64,000 nucleotides of DNA from Ministeria vibrans ATCC 50519 (lineage: Eukaryota > Protista > Filasterea): the NCBI GenBank assembly GCA_943704425.1, contig CALSCP010001993.1, forward strand, positions 1 to 64,000, given 5' to 3'. Below are positions 49,958-60,922 of the stretch, piece by piece; position 1 is the first letter of the stretch, and each line of letters opens with the position of its first letter. The position numbers and the translations under genes are program-made. The notes under the pieces were generated by a model. That model made no database searches and was not told the origin of the DNA. It saw only the letters and a program-made list of their open reading frames with translations.

Positions 49958-50535
49958 TGTGTGGTGCATTTGTATAAGGATGCTTGTGTGTGTGTGTATG
50001 CGTATAAGAATGTGTATGTGTGTGTATGTGTGAGCGTATATATATGATAGCATATGTGTGCCAAGTTGTATACCAAGCGCCCTCATATTTTTTTTTGCCT
50101 TTTTCTCTTATCTCAGTTCATGGCGACGGTTTCAAGGCGGGTCTCGCCTCCATCCTTTCACAATTGAATCTCCCAAAACATCCCGACCCACTTCTTCTGC
50201 TACAGGCGGTTGCGACTTTTGTTGGGCACCGTCTCACACAGGACGCCATTGCAGCTGCGCGGGCCAGTGCTGACGAGGAAGAGGCGCGTCTGCGTGGCAC
50301 CAAGGAACGCATGCAGAACACACAAGTAGCAACGGCATCGCTCAACCTGCACGAACAGCCCTTGGGCTTCACTACTGGCGATCGTACCCTTGACGACGCT
50401 GCCAAAATTCTGCGCCTTCTTCACATTGCCGAGCTTCGCGACTTACAAACGCGCATCAACGAAGTCATCGTATCGGTGCAATCGCTCACGGCTAATCCCA
50501 AGACGGACTCCAAGTTGGGCAAAACAGGGAGATGA
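49328..50535 (+). CDS. RTRAF: RNA transcription, translation and transport factor (C14orf166/CGI-99, tRNA-ligase complex subunit)
   Basis: YQRKLVALGY, LIVWLEDMRIRHYKVEERAGLR, DWLLGYAIRLEYSD and LGFTTGDRTLDDAAKILRLLHIAELRDLQTRINEVIVSVQSLTANPKTDSKLGKTGR*. Confidence 0.92.
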
Positions 50536-50640
50536 ATATAATAAACGTAAAACGTTGGATTATCCCTATTCTGCTTAGTGGTTTGTGTGCTCGTCATTGA
50601 TAATGAATAAATTACTTCTTCAATAATTCAATTATTTAGT

Positions 50641-52808
50641 ATGAAACGAACAAAGTCCAGCGACGCCGAGGAAGGCCCTTGCGAAGAGGCAGCGACGAAG
50701 AAGGCCAAAGGGGATGAAGAAGGTACAGCAAGCGCGTGGGGGAACGCGTCGCTTGACGGTTCTCTCTCTTCCCTCTCTCTCTGTCTCTCTCTTCCGCCCA
50801 GTTTGGTCGACCCCTGTCGAAAATGTCGCTGTCATGTCGTTTCGATCGCCCAAGGGGAGCGATGCGGTGCTGGCGGTCGATCTGGATGGCACTATCATCG
50901 AACCGGCGAGCGGCAAGAAGTGAGACTGAGCGCAAAAACCGTTTCACACACACACACACAAACACGTCTCACTGTGTAGGTTTGCGACGGGCGCCAACGA
51001 CTGGAAGCTGCTCTCGCCGGATGTCCAGAAGAAAATACAGGCCCTGGTGCCTTCCACACAGCGACTTGTGATCATTTCTAATCAGCTTGGTAGTCAACGC
51101 GTAAGGATGTTATTTTAAAGCTGTCTCACGCCAATGCTTAGGGGTCTCCAAAGGCAAGAAGACGCTTGCCGAGCTCAAGACTATGGTAGGTGGCGTTGCA
51201 CGTCGGTTGGGTGTTCCGATGCTATTCATTGCCGGTTAGAACACACATACACACTTGTGAGAGGAGACAGAGAGAGAGAGTGTGTGTGTACTAATGTGGA
51301 CTCCTGTTTATATTTTAGCATTGGCGGAAGGAATTCACCGGAAACCAGCCATGGGAATGTTTGACTTGCTACAGGACCAGCTCAACGACGGCATCAAGAT
51401 TGATTGCGTAACAGCCATAGAAAATACCCTGGGCCAGTCAGTCACTAAAATTGTTTTTCTTTTTTGTACGAAGTCGAAGAGTGTCTACGTGGGCGATGCG
51501 GCTGGTCGCGCAGCCCAATGGGATGGGAACAAGAAGACCAAGAAGGACTTCTCTGACTCGGACCGCAAGTTTGCCATCAACGCCGGTCTTCCCTTTCTCA
51601 CGCCCGAAGAATTCTTTCACAACAAACCCAAAGCGCCGTACAAAGAAGGGGAATAATCAGTGCAACTCATTTAAAGTTTTTGTTCTTTTTCTCCAACTGT
51701 AGGTTTACTCTCTCTGGTGTGAATCCGCGTGATTTTTCGCGCAATGCGCCTCTTTTGTTCCCAGAGACAGCACAGCTTGAAAAAAGCACTCCAGAAGTAC
51801 CCCACGAGAAAGTATACGAGACACTGACTCAGTGATTCCTTCCCCCTCTATTGGTACTCTTTGTGTGTGTGTGTGTGTGTGTGTGTGTTGTAGATGATTA
51901 TGGTGGTGGGTCTGCCAGGGAGTGGCAAGGACACCTTCGCACGCAAGCACTTTCCCAGTAACACTTCACACAAGTAACATACTCAATCCTCGCTCTCATG
52001 TTCTGTCTCTCTTTGTCTCTGTCTCTCTTTGGGGTTTAGGCTATTCTGTCGTCAACAGAGACACTCTCAAAACATGGCAAAAATGCATCAAAGAGAGCAC
52101 GTCGCTTGTGGCTGAGGGGCGTTCCGTTGCAGTTACCAACACAGACGTCGATGTGGCCTCCCGCGCGCGCTACGTTGAAGTTGCTAGGAGCGCGAACATC
52201 CCCATTCGGTACGAGGTGATGGATAGAGAGATAAAGTGTGAGAGAAACATAAAGTGCTAGGATTGAGAGAGAGAGGGAGAGGAGAGGAGGGAGAAACAAA
52301 GTGATAGAGAGAGAGAAACAAAATGATAGAAACAAAGTGATAGAGAAAGAGAGACAAAGTGATTGAGAGAAAAACAAAGTGATAGAAACAAAGTGATAGA
52401 GAGCGAAGGAAATCGTGATAGAGAGCGAAGGAAATCAAATTGACTGAGGAGAGAGAGAAGCAATGCGACAGAGAAACAAACTGATTTTATTGTTTGCAAA
52501 GGTGCTTTTACTTTCTGCCAAATTTGGAGCTGTCGAGACATCTTAATGCGGTGCGAATGAAGCAGGTGGCTGTGGGGGCAGCCCCCGCACATGACAAGGT
52601 TCCTGACATGGTCTTCTACTCCATGCGCAACAAGTGGACGGTCCCCACGACTGCAGAAGTACGGGTCAATGACACACCCATAATAATTTTTTCTCTAATT
52701 GGTCCTCTGTCATAGGGCTTTTCTGAGATAGTGCGGGTTAATTTTGTGCCTTCCTTTGGTGGTCCTAGCGCAGCGCAAGATGAAAAGACGTTCAATGAAC
52801 TCACTTGA
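50641..52808 (+). CDS. PNKP: Polynucleotide kinase 3'-phosphatase (multi-exon, no obvious FHA domain)
   Basis: HAD motif AVDLDGTII, VIISNQLG, HRKPAMGMF, YVGDAAGR...KKDFSDSDRKFA. Kinase P-loop VGLPGSGKDTF, VNRDTL, ASRARY. Ends EGFSEIVRVNFVP...ELT*. Confidence 0.88.
52255..52460. repeat. Intronic minisatellite of the same AAACAAAGTGATAGAGA family as 3400-3800
   Basis: Repeated aaacaaagtgatagaga units. Confidence 0.8.
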
Positions 52809-52953
52809 GACATCTCAACTGCACCGAATTTAGATGTAGCAGGTTGTTTTTGTTGTATTGAAAGTTGTAGGTGAAAGTGTGTGGTAAAATAAAACAGTAA
52901 AGTGCTCTGTAAAACTCGCAAATCACCCCTTATTACGTCAAGTGAGAGGGGTC

Positions 52954-55509
52954 TCAGAGTGAGAGTTCGGCGACGGGGGGAAGATCGCCTGATAAATACT
53001 TGGACCAGAAGGAGCCAAGTAGACGGTCGGCGTATGTCGTATAGTGACCCTCGTTGTTGGTAGAGCGCTGCAGAATGCCGGTACGGGTGGACGAGGGAAC
53101 AATGCTGTTGGCGACAATGGTGACGGCGACGTTGGTGTAAGGAATGCTCTCAGTGTTGGATCCTTCTGATGGTGCAACTGGTGGTGGCGAGACTGCGGCG
53201 ATGGCGCGGTAGCACTCGGCAGTGACGGCGGCACGGATGGGTGCAAGGCTCCAAGGGCGGCGTTGGTAGAGGGCACGTACCGCGACGGTGTTGAGGTGAG
53301 AGGTGTCGCGTGTTTCCCACAAATGGTGCGAGAGAGGCGTCCAGGCCTCATCGACGACACATGCGCCAAAGGACGTACAGGGAGCGTCAACAAACGAGCC
53401 GTTTCGTGCACCGCCCACCAACTCAATGGCGGCAATAGTTTGCGTGCCAAACATGTGACACACGGCAACCCACTCATCGGTGCCCTTGGGCGAGGGCGTG
53501 CGTAACGTGGCGGTGGCTTGAGTGGCAGCGAGGTGCTCAGAGAGCTTGAGGTCGGATGTGGCATTCCACACCCAACCACGCCAGACGTTGCGAACCACAT
53601 GATCAAAAGGCGGGTCGGTGATGGGAAAGTCCATAAGCGGCTCGCTCGCGGCCGACTCCGAATCGTCTTCGGCAGACTTGGCCTCGACTTCTGCTCCGAC
53701 CTTTCTCAGTTCGTACTTGTGCCAAGCGGTCACGCGCAAGAGGAACCCTTGACGGCCCTCGCGCATGCCAAGGTTGTCGCGGCCCAGCGGATTCGAGCCA
53801 CCGGTGAGTGTGTGTGAGCTAGCCTGGGCAATAAGCAGCGGGGCTGTAGTCACTGAGATGATGGCATCTGGACCAAAGACAACGCCAAAGCGACGCATGA
53901 GCTCGCTATCAGCGCCCATGCTGGTGCTGTCAAAGTAGCCAACCGACGAGAGCACACGGCTACGGTCAAAGAGCAAGCAAACAAAGCAGGGGGCAGCAAT
54001 AATGACGCGCGGGTTGGGCAGCTTCGCCTCTGGGTCGAGGCGCACAAGGGGCACCGACACGGCCAAGGTGGAAGCGTTGCGTTCTGCTGCGTCCATCAGC
54101 TCGAGCACCTGCAACTCAAGGCTTTGTGGGTGACGCCAGTCGTCCCAGTCCTGGAAGGTGACAAAGCGGCCGCGCGCGTGCTTAAGCCCGAAATTTTTCG
54201 TGACGTAAGGGCCGGCGGAGTGACGGGTGCGCAGCAGGCGGAGTCGAGGGTCGCCGTATGTCTTGAGCTGCGCGTGGATTTCGTTGAAGCGTTCGTCGTC
54301 ACTGCCATCGTCAATCACAATCAACTCAAGGTGTTTCCACGACTGTACAAGGATGGATCGGATGGCCATGTCCACGAGTGGCTGGGTGCCGCCGGTAACC
54401 ATGAGCACGCTGATGAGTGGGTAGCGGTCGTCGTGCGCGACCTTGGCCATGGCTGCAGCGCTTGCGACGGCGCCTGTCAGACGCTCCGCGTGATGTTGCG
54501 TGTCGCCACCCTCAAGCTGTTGCGGCTCGTTCGACGGCGTGTAGACGGGCAACGAGTCGCTCACAACGCACTGGATCGAGTGGATCTTGTCCGGTGGGCA
54601 TTGCCAGTGGATGCCAGTGACATTGTTTGCAAGAAAGGCAACGGAAAGTGCTTTGATCATGGCCTCGCCACCGCCGTCCAGGTGTGCCTGGATGACGTTG
54701 GAGTGAAACCAGGGCACGTTGGACTGCTTGAGCCAGATTTTCAGTTGCTGTTGAGCCTGGTCGCGTCGCCCCAAACGATAGAGCGACATGCTGTAGAGCT
54801 GACGCACGCCCAAAGCCGGCTGTTTGTCCATCAGTGCAATGGAGTGACCATGCTCGATGAGTTTGACAATTTCGGCGTCGTTGTCGCCCAGCAAGAGGAT
54901 CATCGAGAGGAGAACTCGCGTGTTGCCGCATCGCCGGTCTCGCAAACATTTGCTGGCCCATTCCTTGGCGAGCTTGTCACAGCCCAGACGACTCAGCGAG
55001 GACACCATGGGAAGCACAAGCCTGCCTTTAACAGGCGAGCCGAGTCTCTTGAGCAGCTGCGCTTGGACAAGGCCGACTGCGGCGATCACCTTGGCCTGGC
55101 CCTTTTCGCGTGCAAACGCCATCATGTTCTCGATGGTCTGGAGCATCCGCCACGAATTCGCCTGCTTGACTGCCCGAAGGAAGTCGTGAGCAATAAGGCT
55201 GGTGGCATCGTCGAATGGAAAGCGTCGCAGCATGCGTTCCGTCACTTTTTCCGGATATTCATGCCGTGACAGGCCTATGCGCGCGATCGCCTCCTCGCCG
55301 CCACCGAATAAGATCGCCACGTCCTTTTCGCCAGGCCAGTTGCTACAGTTGCAGCCGCGATACGAATCAAGATCGGCCTCGTCCGATGCGTCTGGCAGCG
55401 TGACCGAACCGAGCGAAAAATAAGTGCTGACAAGCGATAAGGAAATTGCAAAGAGAACGAGCGCAAGAAGGGCGCGTCTGCGACGACGAGCACCATGAAA
55501 AAACGTCAT
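52954..55509 (-). CDS. Intronless family-2 glycosyltransferase, type II membrane protein (851 aa)
   Basis: Basic N-terminus followed by one TM segment (RRRRRALLALVLFAISLSLVSTYF). GT2 core PLISVLMVT...AIRSILVQSWKHLELIVIDDGSDD...GPYVTKNFGLKHARGRFVTFQDWDDWRHP...GYFDSTSMGADSE. Confidence 0.85.
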   Translation of the reverse strand: MTFFHGARRRRRALLALVLFAISLSLVSTYFSLGSVTLPDASDEADLDSYRGCNCSNWPGEKDVAILFGGGEEAIARIGLSRHEYPEKVTERMLRRFPFDDATSLIAHDFLRAVKQANSWRMLQTIENMMAFAREKGQAKVIAAVGLVQAQLLKRLGSPVKGRLVLPMVSSLSRLGCDKLAKEWASKCLRDRRCGNTRVLLSMILLLGDNDAEIVKLIEHGHSIALMDKQPALGVRQLYSMSLYRLGRRDQAQQQLKIWLKQSNVPWFHSNVIQAHLDGGGEAMIKALSVAFLANNVTGIHWQCPPDKIHSIQCVVSDSLPVYTPSNEPQQLEGGDTQHHAERLTGAVASAAAMAKVAHDDRYPLISVLMVTGGTQPLVDMAIRSILVQSWKHLELIVIDDGSDDERFNEIHAQLKTYGDPRLRLLRTRHSAGPYVTKNFGLKHARGRFVTFQDWDDWRHPQSLELQVLELMDAAERNASTLAVSVPLVRLDPEAKLPNPRVIIAAPCFVCLLFDRSRVLSSVGYFDSTSMGADSELMRRFGVVFGPDAIISVTTAPLLIAQASSHTLTGGSNPLGRDNLGMREGRQGFLLRVTAWHKYELRKVGAEVEAKSAEDDSESAASEPLMDFPITDPPFDHVVRNVWRGWVWNATSDLKLSEHLAATQATATLRTPSPKGTDEWVAVCHMFGTQTIAAIELVGGARNGSFVDAPCTSFGACVVDEAWTPLSHHLWETRDTSHLNTVAVRALYQRRPWSLAPIRAAVTAECYRAIAAVSPPPVAPSEGSNTESIPYTNVAVTIVANSIVPSSTRTGILQRSTNNEGHYTTYADRLLGSFWSKYLSGDLPPVAELSL

Positions 55510-56055
55510 GGGGTCACTGGAGCGGAAGAGAGGGCGATAACAATGCGAGCGGACCCAAAGCGGTCGCTTCCCGTTTTATCCTGTTTTTTCTTTCTCTCTC
55601 TTGCGCTTCCAATTCCACTCTTCTCAACCTTTCTCCCAATCTGCAGCACACCGAAAAGGCAAACACTACAGCTTGAGAGACGGTGGCAAGCGAGCAAAAC
55701 ACTGGTGACTGATGACTGATGCGTGATCCGCAAACTGAAACTAATGTTGAGCAAATTTCCAGACACGCACCGTTCCATATAAATACAATATTTTTTTTCT
55801 TCCGTCCTGATTGAGATAAGAATATGTGAAATATTTTTAACGACTCAGCTGTCGCATGCCTTTACTGTCTGGCCATTCAAGTAAATCAAGCCGGAACCAA
55901 GCCGCCTCCTGTTAATTCGTGGCCTTTGCCAATTCGTGAACATCAAAAAGATCTCGAAAAGTCTGTGCTGCTCTCGTTTGTCTTCGCGACGGCACGTCTT
56001 CCAGCCAACTCCCAACGCGCGACCAAGCGGCAAGCTGACCTTGCTGACACTACAC

Positions 56056-56064
56056 TATATATAA
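56056..56064 (+). promoter_or_regulatory. TATA box upstream of the orphan structured region
   Basis: TATATATAA in an otherwise GC-balanced context, about 30 nt before a GC-rich non-coding block. Confidence 0.4.
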
Positions 56065-56089
56065 GACGTACTGCGTGAAAGAACCCGCA

Positions 56090-56435
56090 AATTAAGTGAG
56101 TGTTAGGTCAAGGGCGCCTTGTCTTCGGACTACTGGGCCGACAGCGTCGACGGCGGAAAGCCTTGCCAACTTGGAGATGGCGGCCTCTTGCCGAGAGCCT
56201 GGAGTGGGCGGATGTCGTGGCGATTGGTCCCNNNNNNNNNNGGGGGGGGAGGGGGGGGGCGAAGGAACTACTGAACGGTGCGACGCTTTCACCATCTCTT
56301 CAGCACTCGGCACTTGACGGGCGAGCATACGACAGCAGTCACAGCACGGGGAATCGTCGCGAACACCACCTCGAGTATTGTGAGCCCGATTATAGCATTC
56401 CTTCGGCGATGCTGTGTGTGAGTGAGTACAGTCTG
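56090..56435 (+). ncRNA. Candidate structured non-coding RNA of unknown family (contains a 10-N gap)
   Basis: No convincing ORF. Two C(UUCG)G hairpins (56121-56130, 56391-56416), several 7-bp long-range complements, and an ACA triplet near the putative end. Confidence 0.35.
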
Positions 56436-56604
56436 TGTATTTCATATTAAAACAATAATAATTATAATAATATTACTATTATTATTATTTTTGCTTCTTA
56501 TTATTATTGCATAAAAACAAGATAAAAATTGTTTACCGTGACTCTCTCTCTCTGACACTATTTATCCTCTCCGCACTCCACAGTTTCTCTCGTTGTCTTT
56601 TCTT

Positions 56605-58516
56605 TCAACTCTGCTGGCACTGCACACCGCCGCCGCCGTGACCCTCCTCATCTTCGTCGCTGTCGTGTCCGTGAGCACCCGTGCGTCGTCGGCTCATACT
56701 GTCCTCGTAGGGTGACAGGTCGAACTCTTCGGTAGCATCGGCATCGTAATCGGGCAGGGAAGGGGCCGGAGGAAGGATTTCGCGAAGCTTGGCGTACACG
56801 TCGGCCGAGCCAAAGGAGTCCTGAGGGTAGTTCACCTTGAAGGTGATAAGGAGGTGGCCCTTGGACTGGGGATCCTTGTAGTGCGGCATGCCCTCGTTGA
56901 GAACAACCTTGGTGCTGCCATCCTTGACAACGTCACCCTCGTGTAACGTGATAAGCAACTCGCGACCGTCGAGGTGCTTGACAATGCGCTGGAAGCCACA
57001 GAGTGCCTCGACCAGCTCGATTTCCATCTCCATGTGAAGGTTGTCGCGCTCGCGACGGAACACCGGGTGATCCTTCTGGTCAAGCACAATAATAACGTCG
57101 CCAGGGGTGACACCGGGCGTCTGGTCGCCCTCGCCACGAAACGTGACCTTTTGCTCGTGCATCATGCCCTTCTCGACAAACACCTCGAGCACCTTGCGCT
57201 CCGTCGTCACCTTCTTGCCACTGCACTTCTTGCAACGATCCTTCTCCGACACAATCTCGCCCTCGCCGCCGCATGTGCTGCACGCTTGCTGAATTTGCTG
57301 CACCATGCCGGGACCAATCTGTCGGAGCTTCATCACGACGCCGCGGCCGTCGCACGCCTTGCAGTGCGTTACGCTACCCTTCTTGCCTCCGATTCCATCA
57401 CAGCCGCTACACAACACTGACTTTTGCAGTGCCAACTTGGACGTCTTGCCATTGTAGAGATCCTCAAGAGACACCTTGAGCGCGTGCGCCACATCACGTC
57501 CACGTCGCTCTCGTGGCGGTCCTCTCCCACCACCGCCACCGCCAAACAACCCTCCTCCAAACATTTGCGAGAAAATGTCCTCGGCACTGTGTCCTCCACC
57601 GCCCTCTTTCAAGCCTGGTCAACAAAAGAAAAAAAAAAAACATCAAACACACTCGTTAAGATGGCAGAGAGTTTTCAATAGTACGCCTTACCCTGTTCGC
57701 CGTAACGGTCGTAGACTTCTCGCTTGTGCTCGTCTGACAGAATCTCATAAGCATTGGAAACTTCCTTGAACTACAACAAGACGACGAGAGAGATAGAGAG
57801 AGAGGTGAGAAAGGGGAGACTGTGAATGGGTCGACTCATCAAACCCAAAAAAAAAAAAAGGAAAAGAATTGACACAGACGAAAAGTGCAGTGCACTATTC
57901 CAAGCGTGTGCTGCGAGAGATCGTGGAAGGGAATCACAATACACACATGCACTGAAGGTGGGTGCTGGCGAAGTTGCACGGACCGCATTGGAAGGCGCAG
58001 GAGAGTGCGTGGACGCGTCGCGAACCTTTTTTTTTTTTTTTTTTTTTTTGGGCACACATTCGCTGCGCTTTAAGGCACATGCGGCCGTTGCGAGCGCAGT
58101 TGTCAGTCATATAGACTAGAAGAACACCCACACATGTACAGGGCGCGTTGAAAACAACTCGGCACGTCCCTGGTGCGTTTCCACGAGGATGAAACAGACG
58201 ACGATAAAAAAAAAAAATCGACACGGGGAGGAGAGAGCAGTCACGAACAATCGCGCGTGAATGGCCAAGAAGGGACAATTTCGACGAGAAAGAGAGACAA
58301 AGAGAGAGAGAGACAGGGCGGTCAACGTCCTCTGCAGCCCCCCAGGGCGCGGGGCGGGGACAGCAGGGCGGCGGCGTCGCTCACCTTGTCACCAGCGTCG
58401 GGGTTCTTGTCAGGGTGGTATTTCAACGCCAGCTTGCGGTACGCTTTTTTCAGGGTGGCTGCGTCCGCGCTGGGATCGACGCCAAGGATGTCGTACAGAC
58501 CTGTTTCTTTCACCAT
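56605..58516 (-). CDS. DNAJA: Type I Hsp40 DnaJ (DNAJA/Ydj1-like), 3 exons
   Basis: [13 protein letters not shown]...KYHPDKNP, a G/F region, four CxxCxGxG-type repeats and a C-terminal CaaX motif CQQS. Confidence 0.95.
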
Positions 58517-59005
58517 GTTACAAAAAAGAAAATTTAATTGTGAATATTTTTTCCAATAATAATTTTGGTTGAGTGAACCACTTTTCTTAAATTGTGTCTC
58601 TGTTGACTCACATATTGCTGACACAGGACCATTTAATAAAAATAAACTTGCCATTCATCATTATTTATCGAGTATTGACCGCAGACATGTACATGAGACA
58701 GCAGACTCACTCAGGCGCAAACTGAATTTCTCAATTTGAGCATTGTTGTTGAATACGTTTAAAACATACACTGATCAATTTATTATAATAATTATTATAT
58801 CATTAATAAATGGGTTGTATTCTTCTTCTTCTAATAATAATTATTATTATTAGACAAAGAAGAAGAAGTATAATAAAAGACATTATTAATAATATTGATA
58901 TTAATACTAAATTATTACTATAATAATAATAATATTTATGCATAATTTGACGGCGTGATATCTGCGAGACAATATTGTATTGTTATTGACTTAATGTGAT
59001 TATGA

Positions 59006-60604
59006 TTAGACCGCCTCTTTCACGGAGGCAACTCCCATCAAGGCTGTGTACTGCAGGCGAGCATCTGCATCAGACGACGCAACGTGCACAGCATCCGATG
59101 GAGCAATCAGCGCAGACACGTCGTTTGTGCTGTGCGCCAAAAGTACACAAAGCGGAGATTCTAAAAAGCTTCATTAAATAATCTTTGTCCTCATTAAAAT
59201 ATAGTATCGCAATTAGTACCATTTAAGGTCAGGTACGAGTGAAACTTTGTTGAATCGTCACCAATGAGACGAATGACATCTTCCGCTTTCATAGGAATCT
59301 AATAACAAGCAAGATTAACACAATAAAGAAAAGAGGTCATCGTCGAAAACCTGTTTTGTTGCGCCAATTGAAAGCGAGTTTTCCCGCACCAGAGACATTA
59401 CTCGATGAATTTCCGACTCACCTCCAAACACAACGACAAAGGAACACTACAATATATACAACAACAAAAATATAGAATAATAAGAAAGGTAACTATTATT
59501 GTGATCATCCGAACCGGTGTGAGATGCGCAGCGTCATCTGCAGTGCGCGTGAGAGGCACCAGAGACGCCTCAGCGCCGACTGCCACTGGTTCATGATAAT
59601 CCTGAGGTATCTCAGCGTCACTGCGAGACGACTGTACGTGTAACGCTTCACAGAGAGCACCGCAAATAGCGCTCTAGTAGGGATATATATATATTAATCT
59701 ATTTTTCTGGGCGAGGAAGTGTCTTTGAAGTGTCTTTTGGCTGTTACTTGAGTGCTAAGCGTATAGTGAGATTCGCCGTTCACTTTGGTAAAGTCGTGAA
59801 TGCGCGACCAGTCGTTGTTGAACACAGTAATATCCGCGTGTGCCAAGTGTTCTGAGAGTGCAATATGTAAATCGATAGATATCAACAATAATAATAAGAA
59901 GAAGAAGAATACAACCCATTTACAATGTAATAATAATTATTATTGTAATTATACCTTTAAAGTGAGGATAGGACGCTTGAAGACAGGCAAATTGCATGTC
60001 ATGGCTGGACTCAATGATGGGTTGTGTGGCACACAGAAGCGATGTCGAAAAGTTGTTGCAGTTGCGTGATCTAAAATATTATAAAAGGACAAAAATCAGA
60101 AACGATAATGATTAATAGGTATAACAGAAGTGAAAAGTCAATAGAGAATGATATTTATATCATGTTAGATATCGATGATCATGATTATATTTTTCACAAC
60201 CTGAACTGTTGACAGGCAATGAGAGCTTCACATTCGCGGCAGTCGCGGAAGAATACGCTTGCACGGACTGCCCCGAAGAAGAAGCGACACTGAACACAGT
60301 CATCAATGGTAATTGAGTCGCTGTAGTCGAGCAGGATCACGACACAGTTCTACACAAGACACAAATAGCGAATGGGCGTCACTCAACGTCAACATTTTTT
60401 TTTCTTTACCTGACAGTTTTCAATCACAAAATTGTTGCCGTTTAGACTTCCAGGGGTTCTCACAATAACCTGGTCTTGCTGGTTGGCCACGGTGAACAGG
60501 GAGGCGTCCACTTTGGTCCGTTTGTCCCAGGAATAGCCATCAGGAGATGTCGCTGCAGTCTCATTGGAATTTGCGTTAAGTTTCTTCGAAAACAGTCCTC
60601 CCAT
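59006..60604 (-). CDS. RP2: XRP2/RP2 (TBCC domain, ARL3 GAP), multi-exon
   Basis: MGGLFSKK myristoylation start, YSWDKR, GSLNGNNFVIENC, TIDDC...SVFFRDC...ACQQFR, and ADITVFNNDWSRIHDFT. Confidence 0.88.
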
Positions 60605-60922
60605 CACGAGTCTGCACGAGCTCACGGCACCTATATTGCACCTTTGCAAATGCGGACACACAAATTATATAAAAATATTTGAAAATTCAAAATTGAATTA
60701 TTTGAAAGCTTTTATGGCGACTCACTCCTGTTAGCGCACCGCTCTAAGCTCTGTACAAGTGTACAGCATGAGTGATTAGCAGACAACATACTCTTTCCTA
60801 GTGTCCTTGGAGGATCAAGGCATAACTAAAATATTTTCTCAAATATATATATAATTATATTGAAAAGATTAAAGACTGGGCACTGTATGTCTCTTTCTCT
60901 CTCTCATTCTCTTTCTCTCTCG

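Noticed and set aside
42571-52808. Functional cluster of nuclear/RNA genes (NUP133, NOP58, RTRAF, PNKP)
   Set aside because: Housekeeping genes are abundant in a compact genome, and there is no evidence of co-regulation without synteny data.
56062-56095. U3 snoRNA 5' end (AAGACGUACU) or group I intron P/Q elements
   Set aside because: No U3 box A or C/D boxes follow. There is no host gene, and the putative P7 pairing is mismatched.
57772-58384. snoRNA or structured element in the long DNAJA intron (also the kinase intron 14786-15315 and NOP58 intron 1)
   Set aside because: No paired C/D boxes with a terminal stem, and no convincing H/ACA layout, found by eye.
58520-58760. Heat-shock elements upstream of DNAJA
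   Set aside because: No intact array of inverted nGAAn units is visible.
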